Positions 20,004 to 29,326 of a DNA stretch of 46,622 nucleotides are shown here, in pieces (the first letter of the stretch is position 1; each line of letters starts with the position of its first letter). The notes under the pieces were generated by a model, which was not told the DNA's origin, did not search any database, and saw nothing but the letters and a program-made list of their open reading frames with translations. This DNA is from Candidatus Bathyarchaeota archaeon. GTDB taxonomy: Archaea; Thermoproteota; Bathyarchaeia; TCS64. The position numbers and the translations under genes are program-made. Location: positions 1-46,622 of the forward strand of contig JBDRQD010000067.1 in NCBI GenBank assembly GCA_043826455.1, written 5' to 3'.

Positions 20004-20112
20004 ATCGAGGGGAGGGACTCGAACCCTCGAAGCCCTCAGACACGGGATCTCCCACCCAAAACACTCGGATCTTAAGTCCCGCCCCTTAGCCAACCTCGGG
20101 TACCCCCCCCCC
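20004..20112 (-). pseudogene. degenerate tRNA-Leu(TAA) copy with intron
   Basis: Nearly identical to 29224-29316 including the intron; acceptor 5' side is a G run, 3' side reads CCCTCGA, no CCA; upstream homologous but TATA lost. Confidence 0.85.
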
Positions 20113-20202
20113 ACGCACAATAAAGCACAGACCAACACATCACACCCTCACCCAGCCCAACCACACAGAAACCCCATGAATTGAGAACCCTATACGAAGA
20201 AC

Positions 20203-20320
20203 CGGCGGACACCGCCACCCACCACCACCGCCTAAGGACCCGTAAAAAGCCTCCGAACCAGAAAACAAGCCGTAAAACCGTGAATCGCGGTGGCGGTGAT
20301 GGGACCCCCCCTCCCCCCCC
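20203..20320. repeat. ~120-bp non-coding repeat, copy 2
   Basis: Direct repeat of 17780-17897; inverted repeat arms at 20210-20219 and 20289-20298. Confidence 0.92.
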
Positions 20321-20396
20321 CCCACGCACACACAGAGAGAAACAAAAACCACAAACAAAACAGAGCCCAAGAAACAGGGCCCCCACAAAATAGCAC

Positions 20397-20834
20397 CTAG
20401 TTAATGATCACGGTGTCCAGCTGAAAGTACCGCTGAGCCAGGAAACGAATCTTCTTAATGTTAGCCCCATTCTTACCAATAGCTATACCCTTATCCTTAG
20501 GATCCACGTTCACCATGGCGATCCTCTTACCCTCCATCCTATCCACCAACCGGATATCCTTCACCTTGGCCGGCTTCAACGCGTTCTTAATAAACTTCTC
20601 AGGCTCCGCCATGTACTCGTAGATCTCCACCTGCTTGTTGGTCATGGCGCGGAACCGCTTGATCTTCTCGCCGCCCTTGCCCACGGCGAGGCCCACCTCG
20701 CCCTTCTTGACGGTGAAGATGATGGTGTCCTCCTCCTCGTCGATGATACAGTCCACTATAGTGGCCCCCGTCATGTTCTGCAGGAGCTGGATATACTTCA
20801 TCTCAGTCTCCGTGATCTTGATGTTGTTAAGCAT
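20397..20834 (-). CDS. nusA: archaeal NusA (KH domains)
   Basis: GLAVGKGG and GIAIGKNGANI KH loops; follows rpl30e. Confidence 0.95.
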   Translation of the reverse strand: MLNNIKITETEMKYIQLLQNMTGATIVDCIIDEEEDTIIFTVKKGEVGLAVGKGGEKIKRFRAMTNKQVEIYEYMAEPEKFIKNALKPAKVKDIRLVDRMEGKRIAMVNVDPKDKGIAIGKNGANIKKIRFLAQRYFQLDTVIIN

Positions 20835-20835
20835 T

Positions 20836-21138
20836 CTACTCTTTCACCAGGTCAAGTATCCGGCTGTCACCGGGATCGTTTATCACGAGGGCTGAGACAG
20901 GGTAGGGTTTTCCGCACAGCACCCCCAGGTCTACGCTGTCCTTTGCGTGCGTCAGCACGGGTATCTCGGCGAGGCGGCCGTAGGTCGCTATGGCCTCGGC
21001 CTTCTCGGTTGGGCAGTTGGAGCTGAGGATGGCCATCTTGGCCCTGCCTCGCCTCATCTCCCTCACCGCCTCCTTGGATCCAAGCTGGACCTTACCGGTG
21101 GAGAGAGCGAGTCTCAGCTCATGTTCTACGCTACTCAT
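20836..21138 (-). CDS. rpl30e: 50S ribosomal protein L30e
   Basis: TGKVQLG, SSNCP, LGVLCGKPYPVS, DPGDS. Confidence 0.95.
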   Translation of the reverse strand: MSSVEHELRLALSTGKVQLGSKEAVREMRRGRAKMAILSSNCPTEKAEAIATYGRLAEIPVLTHAKDSVDLGVLCGKPYPVSALVINDPGDSRILDLVKE

Positions 21139-24100
21139 CGCGTCTGTCTCCTTGGTTCATGAACAGCTCGACGCTTCCTGTCCCCAGGGGCATCGACTGT
21201 CCGACAATGATGTTCTCGATCACCCCTTTAAGGGGATCGATCTCACCCTTTATGGCTGCGTCCACCAGGTGCTGTATGGTCAGCTCGAAGGCGGCCCTGG
21301 CCAGGACGCTGCTCTTCTCGCCGCTGATGCCGTGGCGGCCGATCTGCTGAACCTCCCCGGTCTTGGTCATGATGTCCGCCACCAGCATGACGTGGCGAAT
21401 GTCCACGTCCAGGCCCTGCTCCGTGAGAACCGCGTGGGCCTCCCTGATGAGGGCGTTCCTGGCTGCCTCGACGCCGAATATCTCAGCGATCTCGTGGATG
21501 TTGTTGGTCGTTGTCTTGGTGGGGTCCACTCCGTCGATCCTGAGCACTCCCTCCAGGTTGCTTCCGTCGGTCCTGATGACCCACTCTCCGTCCTCGACCG
21601 TTGTGAGGACGCGCTTGATCTCGGGTATTCCCTTGATGCGGGCCTCGGTGACGTTTTTGATGATGGGCTCGGGGTCCCTGGTCTTATCCTCCTCCAGGCT
21701 CACAAGGTAGCTGTGGTCGCCCTCCTGTGTGAACTTGTAGGGCATGGCCTTATCCACGTCCGCGGCTGAGACGCCGAGGGTCTCCATCCTCTCGGGGTCT
21801 AGGGTGATGTGGACGGCCTCCTCCCGTAGGTCCACGTTGATGGCGTCTATTATGTCGTCGATTGTGGTGTATGTGAGCTTCTGGGCTATCTCCCTGGCCT
21901 TCCTCTCGCTCTTGTTGTACTTGTCGGTGAGGTGGATGTTCATGACGGGCGTGCTCGGGCTCTTCCTGGCGTCCACGATCTCTATGAGCCGCGGAAGCCC
22001 CAGTGTGACGTTCAGCTCGGCTACACCTGCGTAGTGGAAGGTTCTGAGGGTCATCTGGGTGCCGGGCTCGCCTATGCTCTGGGCGGCCACTATGCCCACG
22101 GCCTCCCCGGGCTCCACCAGGCTGTAGTCGTAGTTCTTTAGGACGCTGTCTACGACGTCCCGGACGCTCTTCTCAGTGAGGCCGGCCTGCTTTATCTGGC
22201 GCCTCATCTCCTCCTTCAGGAGCTGAGGTATGTCCTCGGTGATGCCGTCGATCTGCTCGTCGATGAACTTCTCCTTGGCCGCCTTACCCTGCTCCTGGGT
22301 GATGCTGGTCCTGTCGGTGAGCTGGGCCACGTTGACTGCCACGCCGTGGTCGCTCTTGGCCGGGTCCACGCCGTCCTCGCCGTACATGAACTGGACGATG
22401 TCGCCCATGCTGTTCCTGACGGTGCCGTCGTACTCGACCCGGAGGTGCTCCAGGGCGTTGATGAGGCGGCGCTGCATGTAGCCGCTCTGCTGGGTGCGGA
22501 CGGCTGTGTCTACCAGGCCCTCCCGGCCGCCCATGGCGTGGAAGAAGAATTCCAGGGGCGTCAGGCCGTCCCTGTAGCAGTTGTATACGAAGCCTCTTGC
22601 GGCTGGCGCCGCGTCACCTTCCTTGAAGTGGGGGAGGGTCCTGTTCTCGTAGCCCCTCATGATGCGCTTGCCACGGATGCTCTGCTGGCCTACGCTTCCC
22701 ATCATCTGGCCTATGTTGAGGCTGCTGCCGCGTGCGCCGGTCCTGGTCATGATGATGCCGCTGTTCTCTATGGGGAGGCCCTCCTGGACGGTCTCGCCAG
22801 CCCGGTCACGGGCCTTGGCCAACTCGTTCATGACCTTGATCTCGAAGCTCTCCTGGAGCGTCTGCCCGGGCAGCCTCTCCAGGGCACCCGTCTCGTACTC
22901 CTCGGTGAGCTTCTGGACGTTCTTCTCCATCTGGCGCATGACCTTGTTGATCTCCTTCTGCTCCCGGTCCCCCAGGTTCAGCTCGTCGTAGCTGTAGGTG
23001 AAGCCGCGGAGGGTGAGGAACCCGTTGATGAGGCGGCTGATGCCATTGAGGAAATCATGGGCCATGTCTGTGCCGTAGTCCTTGATGATCCTGTGGAAGA
23101 TGGTGTCTGGCCGCTCTGCGCCGATGCTGTTCTTGTCGATGACGCCTGTCCTGAGCTGCCCGTTCTGGATGATGACGTAAGCGTCGTACTGGCACTTCTC
23201 GCGGCTGCACTCGGGGCAGTGGACGCATATGTTGGCCCTGGTGACGAAGCTGAAGTCCCGGGGCAGGAAGAGGCTGAACACCGTCTTGCCGCTCCACATG
23301 GGCTGGGGCTTCATGGCGGTAGGCTTGGGGATGTCCCCCGTGTAGCCCGTGTAGGCTATGAGCTTCCCCACCTCGTCGGCTGTGAGCATGGTTCCGCCGC
23401 GGGTCAGGAGGTAGGCGCCGCTGATGAAGTCCTTGGTGGCTCCGATGATGGGGGCCCCGTACCTGGGGCTCAGAATCTGGTCCTGGACCTGCATGAGCAT
23501 CCTGGCCTCGGTCTGGGCCTCCTTGCTCTGGGGTATGTGGAGGTTCATCTCGTCGCCGTCGAAGTCCGCGTTGTAGGGCGGGCAGACAGTGAGGTGCATC
23601 CTGAAGGTCTTGTAGGGGAGCACCTTGACGCGGTGCGCCATGATGCTCATCCTGTGCAGCGACGGCTGTCTGTTGAACAGGGCTATGTCGCCGTCCTTCA
23701 GGTGCCTCTCGATGATGAAGCCCGGCTCCAGGGTTTCGCCTATCATGGTGCGGTCCTGGACGAACTCCAGCCTGATGCGCTTCTGGTCGGGCCTGATGAT
23801 GTACAGGGCCCCGGGGTGCTTGTAGGGTCCGTTGAGGACGAGCCGCTTCATCTCGTCGATGTTGCGCTCCGTGACCACGTCCGGCACCGTGAGCTTGGTG
23901 GCTATGTGGACGGGCACGCCCACCTGGTTGATGTCTATGTTGGGGTCGGGGCTGATGACGGTGCGCGCAGAGTAGTCCACACGTTTGCCGCTCAGGTTGC
24001 CCCTGAACCGGCCCTCCTTGCCCTTGAGCCTCTGGGCCAGGCTCTTGAGGGTCCTGCCGCTGCGGTGCCTGGCGGGGGGTATGCCGCTCACCTCGTTGTT

Positions 24101-24976
24101 GAAGTAGGTGGTGACGTGGTACTGGAGGAGCTCCGAGAGGTCCTCTATGATGAGGGTGGGCGCGCCGGCGTCGATGTTCTCCCTGAGCCTCTGGTTGATC
24201 CTGATGATGTCCACCAGCTTGTGGGTGAGGTCGTCCTCGGCCCTGATGCCGCTCTCCAAGATGATGCTGGGCCGCACGTCCACGGGGGGCACAGGCAGCA
24301 CCTGCAGCACCATCCACTCGGGCCTGGCGGCCCCCGGCTCGAAGTCCAGGAGCCTCAGGTCATCGTCGGGTATCCTCTCGAACCACTCTCTGATCATGTT
24401 GGGGGTGAGGCGTCTGGTGACGTCCTCCTGGACCTCCTCGTCCTCGATGTCGAAGAACTCCTCCTTCTCGATCTCCAGGAACGTAGTGGGCTTGTTGAAC
24501 TTGACCACGGTCTGCACCATGCCGCAGTAGGGGCACTCCTTGTGGCGCTTGTACTTCTTGGCCTGCTTCATGATCTCGGCGGAGGTCTCGTCGCTCACCT
24601 TTCCGAACATCTCCAGGTCGTTGCGGCGCTGCTCTCTGAGCCTCTCCTTGGTCTCCTCGTCCAGGAGGATGCTTCCGCAGCCCCTGCACGTGGAGCTCAG
24701 GACCTTATAGATCTGCTTGGCGAACTCCACGTGGACCACCGGGACGGCCAGCTCTATGTGGCCGAAGTGGCCGGGGCAGTTGATGGCTATGTTACCGCAT
24801 GTGCGGCACCTCTGCCTGGGCTCTAGGGTCCCCAAGCGCTGGTCCATGAGGCCGCCCGCTATGGGGGCTCCGTCCTCGTCGTAGGTGTCGCTGGTCCCTA
24901 TCTCCACGACGCTGAGGCGTCTCACCTCGTCGGGGGAAAGGAGGCCGAACTGGATGGCGTCGATTACCTTACTCAT
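21131..24976 (-). CDS. rpoA: RNA polymerase largest subunit, fused A'+A'' (Rpo1)
   Basis: NADFDGD active site, CPGHFGH, GGREGLVDTA, then continuous A'' motifs GEPGTQMT, TLGLPRL, RHVML, RAAFE. Confidence 0.98.
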   Translation of the reverse strand: MSKVIDAIQFGLLSPDEVRRLSVVEIGTSDTYDEDGAPIAGGLMDQRLGTLEPRQRCRTCGNIAINCPGHFGHIELAVPVVHVEFAKQIYKVLSSTCRGCGSILLDEETKERLREQRRNDLEMFGKVSDETSAEIMKQAKKYKRHKECPYCGMVQTVVKFNKPTTFLEIEKEEFFDIEDEEVQEDVTRRLTPNMIREWFERIPDDDLRLLDFEPGAARPEWMVLQVLPVPPVDVRPSIILESGIRAEDDLTHKLVDIIRINQRLRENIDAGAPTLIIEDLSELLQYHVTTYFNNEVSGIPPARHRSGRTLKSLAQRLKGKEGRFRGNLSGKRVDYSARTVISPDPNIDINQVGVPVHIATKLTVPDVVTERNIDEMKRLVLNGPYKHPGALYIIRPDQKRIRLEFVQDRTMIGETLEPGFIIERHLKDGDIALFNRQPSLHRMSIMAHRVKVLPYKTFRMHLTVCPPYNADFDGDEMNLHIPQSKEAQTEARMLMQVQDQILSPRYGAPIIGATKDFISGAYLLTRGGTMLTADEVGKLIAYTGYTGDIPKPTAMKPQPMWSGKTVFSLFLPRDFSFVTRANICVHCPECSREKCQYDAYVIIQNGQLRTGVIDKNSIGAERPDTIFHRIIKDYGTDMAHDFLNGISRLINGFLTLRGFTYSYDELNLGDREQKEINKVMRQMEKNVQKLTEEYETGALERLPGQTLQESFEIKVMNELAKARDRAGETVQEGLPIENSGIIMTRTGARGSSLNIGQMMGSVGQQSIRGKRIMRGYENRTLPHFKEGDAAPAARGFVYNCYRDGLTPLEFFFHAMGGREGLVDTAVRTQQSGYMQRRLINALEHLRVEYDGTVRNSMGDIVQFMYGEDGVDPAKSDHGVAVNVAQLTDRTSITQEQGKAAKEKFIDEQIDGITEDIPQLLKEEMRRQIKQAGLTEKSVRDVVDSVLKNYDYSLVEPGEAVGIVAAQSIGEPGTQMTLRTFHYAGVAELNVTLGLPRLIEIVDARKSPSTPVMNIHLTDKYNKSERKAREIAQKLTYTTIDDIIDAINVDLREEAVHITLDPERMETLGVSAADVDKAMPYKFTQEGDHSYLVSLEEDKTRDPEPIIKNVTEARIKGIPEIKRVLTTVEDGEWVIRTDGSNLEGVLRIDGVDPTKTTTNNIHEIAEIFGVEAARNALIREAHAVLTEQGLDVDIRHVMLVADIMTKTGEVQQIGRHGISGEKSSVLARAAFELTIQHLVDAAIKGEIDPLKGVIENIIVGQSMPLGTGSVELFMNQGDRRDE

Positions 24977-24977
24977 A

Positions 24978-27900
24978 CTAGTCCGCCTCCTTGGTGAGCT
25001 TGAGGCTCGGGCTCATACACAGGCTCTGCATCTCCTGAAGCAGCAGCTTGAAGGCGTAGCTTATGGTCACGGGCTCTATGTCGCCCTTGCCCTCGCAGGT
25101 GGGGCACATGTACTTCCTCTGCCTTATATCGTAGAAGCCCTGCCTGCCGCACTTCTCGCATACGTAGATGGTGTAGGCGTCGCTCTCCTCTAGGAGCCTG
25201 TCCTTCAAGAGCATGGCGGCTCCGTGGCCGACGAGGCAGTCGCGCTCCATCTCCCCGAACCTGAGGCCTCCGCCCCTGGCGCGGCCTTCGGTGGGCTGTC
25301 TTGTGAGCATCTGGACCTGGCCGCGGGCCCTGGCGTGGATCTTGTCCACCACCATGTGGTGGAGCTTCTGGTAGAAGGCCACGCCCACGAATATCTCGGC
25401 CTCGAACATGTGGCCGCTCATGCCGTCGTACATCATCTCCCGGCCCCCGGGCTGGAAGCCCAGGTCCCTGAGTATCTCCTCTAGGGCCTTGGGGTCCTCG
25501 TTGGCGAAGGGTGTGCCGTCCACTATCTCCCCTCTCAGGGCGGCCGCCTTGCCGGCGATGGCCTCTATGAACTGGCCCACGGTCATGCGGCTGGGGTAGG
25601 CGTGGGGGTTCATGACGATGTCCGGGATGGTGCCGCTGGTGGTGAAGGGCATGTCCTCCGGAGCCACCAGCATCCCGATGACGCCCTTCTGGCCGTGCCT
25701 GGAGACGAACTTGTCCCCCAGCTCGGGGACCCTGTGGCTCCGGACCTTGACCTTGATCAGTTGGCTGCCCTCGATGTCCTTGGTGATGAACACCTGGTCC
25801 ACGACGCCCACCTCTGTGGGGCGGACGCCTATGCTGGTGTCTCGCAGCTGGGGGCCCCTGATCTCTATTCCGCGGTACTCCTCCATGAACCTGGGTGGGC
25901 TGGTCTTGCCTATGAGGACGTCGCCGCCCTTGACCTCCGCCTCTGTGGCTATGAGGCCGTCGGATTCAAGTTGCCTGTAGGCGTCTGCGCCGTGGTATCC
26001 GCGGATGCCTGCCTCCGGGATGGTGAGCCTGTCCTTGGCTCCGCCCAGGTACTGCTTGCACTCGGCCTTGTAGATCCTGTAAAAGCTGCTGTGGCCGAGG
26101 CCCCGCTGCACAGCGCCCTTGTTGAATATGATGGCGTCCTCCATGTTGTAGCCTATGCTGCTGAGGATGGCTATTATGAAGTTCTGGCCGGCTGGCCTGT
26201 CGTTGTAGGCGATGACCTCCATGGGCTTGGTGGCCACCAGGGGCTTCTGGGGGTAGTGGAGCAGGTGGCCGCGGGTGTCGGTCCTGTCGCCGTGGTTGAG
26301 GGCGTAGATGCCTGGGGCTTGCTTGGCCATGGCGGCCTGGTACGTGTTCCTGGGGCTCTGGTTGTGCTCGGCGTAGGGGATGATGCCTGCGCCGACGCCT
26401 AGGATGCAGTAGGAGCATATCTCCTGGTGGGTGTGCTCCTCCGTCAGCTCCTCGGCTTTGATGCCTATGTAGGCGTTCTCCTCCTCGTCGCTGTCCATGT
26501 ACTCCATGATGCCCTCGCGGATGAGGTCGCTCCAGGTCCACCTGTCCTGCTTTATGTTGCGGATGTGCCGCTGCTTGAGGAGGGGCTTGCCGTCCTCCAC
26601 CACTACGAGGGGGCGCCTTATGCGGCCCTCGTCGCAGTTGACGTATATCTCGTTGTAGGTGTTATAGTAGACTATGTTGGCTTCGCCGCTGATCTCGCCC
26701 TTGCGCCGCATCTCCCTGAAGGTCTTCACCAGCACCTGCGGTGACGTGGTGTAGCCTAGGAGGTAGCCCTCCACGAAGATCTTGCTGCCCTCGTGGCGTA
26801 GCTGCTCGTCGGCGTCCTTGGCCCGTGTGACGCCCATGAACTCTAGGGTGCGCTTCACCTTCTCGGCGTCGGTTCCGATGCTAACACTGCTCATGAGGGC
26901 CAGGTTCTTGACCAGGCCACAGTTGGCTCCCTCGGGGGTCTCGTTGGGGCACAGCCTGCCCCAGTGGGTGCTGTGGAGGTCACGGGCCTCGAAGTTGGGC
27001 TGGCTCCTGCTCAGGGGGCTCTGGAGCCTGCGGAGGTGAGAAAGGGTTGAGAGGGTGTTGGTCCGGTCGAGGAGCTGGGTCATTCCGACGCGGCCCCTGC
27101 GCCAGTTGCCGGTGGCCAGGGCGTGTTGGATGCGGCTGGTGATGATGCCAGGTCTGACGGCCGCGGATATGAGGACGCCCTTGCGCCTGGTGCTCATGCG
27201 CCTGAACTGGTACCGCATGTCGCGGTAGAGGCTCCAGAAGGCGGACCTGAACAGCTCGGCCAGTAAGGGCCCCGCCAGCTTGATGCGCTTGTTGCGGAGG
27301 TGGTCCTTGTCGTCCTCCTGCCTCTGCCCCAGTTTGAGCTCTATGATCCTTGAGGCCATCTCGCCCAGGAATATGGCCTTGTCGAGGCGCTCCTCGGGCT
27401 CGCGGCCTATGTGGGGCAGCAGGTTCCTGTCCAGGATTGTCTCGGCGCGCTTGACTCTAAACTCCTTGACTTGGCCGAAGGCGACGCGGTTGCCTATGTA
27501 GAGGATGGCGTCCTCCACGCTCTGGACGCTGCTGGCCTCCCTGAAGCTGGGCTCCATCTCGTCGAGTATCTCTGCGTCCAGGCTCACCATGTCCGCCACC
27601 TGCCTGTCGGTCTCGACGCCCAGGGCCCTCATGAGGACCACGAAGGGGACGGGGACCGGTACGCCGGGGATGGTGACGCTCATCTCCCCTTTGGTCTTGA
27701 GGCTCATCTCTATGCGGGCGCGGAAGCCCACGGTGGTGCTGAACACCTTGCCCCTGTACACGGGCTTGGCTCCGCGGTCGTCGGTCTCCACCAGGACCCT
27801 GTTGGGGGCCAAGTCCTCGAGACTGACGATGACGCGCTCGGAGCCGTTGACTATGAAGTAGCCTCCCACCTCATCCGGGTCCTCCCCCAGCTTCACCAGC

Positions 27901-28307
27901 TCGTCTTTGGTGTGGCGGCTGAGGAGGCAGAGGTTGGACTTGACCATGATGGGGATGTCGCCTATGTTGACCCGCTCGTAGGTCTCCCGGCCCTCGTCGT
28001 CCAGCTCTATCTCTAGGTAGAGGGGGGCGCTGTAGGTGAGGTTGCGTATGCGGGCTTCCCGGGGGTAGACCTCCCGGACGGTGCCGTCCACCTCCACGAC
28101 TCGGGGCTCACCTATCTCTATGGCGCCGAACTTTATGTTGTAGGTGTGGTTAGGGACCTCGATCTGGATGCCCCCTATCTCGTCTATTATCTGTTGCAGC
28201 GTGTTCCTGGTGAAGTCGTTATACGAGTCCAGGTGCTGCTTGACGAGCCCCTCCTCTTGGAAGAAGGACTTCATCAAATCCCAGTGGTCTTGGTCTGTGA
28301 GAAGCAA
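24978..28307 (-). CDS. rpoB: RNA polymerase subunit B, unsplit (Rpo2)
   Basis: GGYFIVNGSE, ETPEGANCGL, GDKFVSRHGQKG, GGLRFGEMERD, C-terminal Zn finger. Confidence 0.98.
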   Translation of the reverse strand: MLLTDQDHWDLMKSFFQEEGLVKQHLDSYNDFTRNTLQQIIDEIGGIQIEVPNHTYNIKFGAIEIGEPRVVEVDGTVREVYPREARIRNLTYSAPLYLEIELDDEGRETYERVNIGDIPIMVKSNLCLLSRHTKDELVKLGEDPDEVGGYFIVNGSERVIVSLEDLAPNRVLVETDDRGAKPVYRGKVFSTTVGFRARIEMSLKTKGEMSVTIPGVPVPVPFVVLMRALGVETDRQVADMVSLDAEILDEMEPSFREASSVQSVEDAILYIGNRVAFGQVKEFRVKRAETILDRNLLPHIGREPEERLDKAIFLGEMASRIIELKLGQRQEDDKDHLRNKRIKLAGPLLAELFRSAFWSLYRDMRYQFRRMSTRRKGVLISAAVRPGIITSRIQHALATGNWRRGRVGMTQLLDRTNTLSTLSHLRRLQSPLSRSQPNFEARDLHSTHWGRLCPNETPEGANCGLVKNLALMSSVSIGTDAEKVKRTLEFMGVTRAKDADEQLRHEGSKIFVEGYLLGYTTSPQVLVKTFREMRRKGEISGEANIVYYNTYNEIYVNCDEGRIRRPLVVVEDGKPLLKQRHIRNIKQDRWTWSDLIREGIMEYMDSDEEENAYIGIKAEELTEEHTHQEICSYCILGVGAGIIPYAEHNQSPRNTYQAAMAKQAPGIYALNHGDRTDTRGHLLHYPQKPLVATKPMEVIAYNDRPAGQNFIIAILSSIGYNMEDAIIFNKGAVQRGLGHSSFYRIYKAECKQYLGGAKDRLTIPEAGIRGYHGADAYRQLESDGLIATEAEVKGGDVLIGKTSPPRFMEEYRGIEIRGPQLRDTSIGVRPTEVGVVDQVFITKDIEGSQLIKVKVRSHRVPELGDKFVSRHGQKGVIGMLVAPEDMPFTTSGTIPDIVMNPHAYPSRMTVGQFIEAIAGKAAALRGEIVDGTPFANEDPKALEEILRDLGFQPGGREMMYDGMSGHMFEAEIFVGVAFYQKLHHMVVDKIHARARGQVQMLTRQPTEGRARGGGLRFGEMERDCLVGHGAAMLLKDRLLEESDAYTIYVCEKCGRQGFYDIRQRKYMCPTCEGKGDIEPVTISYAFKLLLQEMQSLCMSPSLKLTKEAD

Positions 28308-28653
28308 ACTAAATCATCCTTTGAGAGTGAATATGCGTAGGGTCGGGGCGGTTCAGGGAGCTGGGGAGAGGATCATGTTGTCTCATTTACCCGTTTTTCA
28401 CCTTGCCGAGAAACCTTCCTGACCCTAACGAGGCTATACGTTAGGACAACTACTTCCTAATAAATGTTACTCGGTGCGGAGCCTGTTCCATCTTTCTCTA
28501 GGCGATACAAGCTTTTTTAAGGCTCCTTTCAGGGTTCGGGAGCACACCCATTTTCACGTGGGAGGCCCTTCAAAAAATACAAACTTTTATAGGTGGACTC
28601 TGTATTTCGATAAGAGCCCAACAGATCCACGGAGCGGCAACAGATTGGCAGAA

Positions 28654-28872
28654 ATGATCGAGAAAGTGCTTGAACGGAGCGTCGGTAAGACGGTGCTCAT
28701 TAAGGTGCGGGGCGGAAGGACCCTCAGGGGCACCCTGGAGGGCTTCGACCAGCACGTTAACCTCTACATGAGTGACGCGGAGGAGGTCAGCGACATGGAG
28801 AACGTCCGTAGCATCGGTAACATAGTCCTCCGCGGCGACAACGTTATAATGATTAGCCCGCCGCCGGAGTAG
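28654..28872 (+). CDS. Sm-like protein (SmAP/Lsm)
   Basis: Sm1 GTLEGFDQHVNL and Sm2 IVLRGDNV; start ATG 28654 or TTG 28645; directly upstream of rpl37e. Confidence 0.95.
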   Translation: MIEKVLERSVGKTVLIKVRGGRTLRGTLEGFDQHVNLYMSDAEEVSDMENVRSIGNIVLRGDNVIMISPPPE

Positions 28873-28879
28873 ACAGGCT

Positions 28880-29062
28880 GTGCCCACGAAACATGCGCTT
28901 CATACAGGTAAGAGGATTCACATCCAGTGCAGGCGTTGCGGTAGGCGCGCGTACCATGTCACCAAGAGGACCTGCGCGGCCTGCGGCTACGGAAGCACCG
29001 CCCGTCTCAAGAGCAGCTCTGTGAGGCGTAAGGACATACAGAGGACCAGGCGTATCGTCTAG
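28880..29062 (+). CDS. rpl37e: 50S ribosomal protein L37e
   Basis: HIQCRRCGRRAYH...CAACGYG. Confidence 0.93.
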   Translation: MPTKHALHTGKRIHIQCRRCGRRAYHVTKRTCAACGYGSTARLKSSSVRRKDIQRTRRIV

Positions 29063-29183
29063 GCCCACGGGTTTCATATCCTTTTAGCTTTTCAGTTGCT
29101 CGTGTTTGTGTTTGATGTCTTAGGTGAGTCTATCACTGTGGCTGTACCTTTGGTGAAATTTTTTTGGTGTTGGTTGGGTAAGG

Positions 29184-29191
29184 TTATAAAT
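29184..29191 (+). promoter_or_regulatory. TATA box of tRNA-Leu
   Basis: TTATAAAT about 26-33 nt upstream of the tRNA 5' end. Confidence 0.65.
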
Positions 29192-29216
29192 TGTTGGCTT
29201 GTCCCTATTTGTGCGT

Positions 29217-29326
29217 GCGGGAGTACCCGAGGTTGGCCTAAGGGGCGGGACTTAAGATCCGAGTGCTTTGGGTGGGAGATCCCGTGTCTGAGGACTTCGA
29301 GGGTTCGAGTCCCTCCTCCCGCACCA
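29217..29326 (+). tRNA. tRNA-Leu(TAA) with 22-nt canonical intron (29257-29278), CCA encoded
   Basis: GCGGGAG...CTCCCGC-A-CCA; anticodon arm CGGGA-CTTAAG|A-TCCCG; long variable arm; intron forms a bulge-helix-bulge (CTTA/TGGG central helix). Confidence 0.96.

Noticed and set aside
17927..20112. Split (trans-spliced) tRNA made of the pseudo-tRNA and the 23-bp fragment
   Set aside because: The pieces overlap in the T arm, lack complementary leaders or a BHB at a split point, and an intact gene exists
17780..20330. Possible CRISPR array from the repeats
   Set aside because: Only two long copies, no regular repeat-spacer period, no cas genes
20072..20393. Short ORFs over the repeat and pseudo-tRNA region
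   Set aside because: Low-complexity translations of non-coding repeats
22346..24826. 826-aa plus-strand ORF and the many other antisense ORFs over GC-rich genes
   Set aside because: Shadow frames caused by high GC at third codon positions of real genes such as rpoA
21131..28307. Inteins in RNA polymerase subunits
   Set aside because: Lengths and motif order are continuous, with no intein-like insertions
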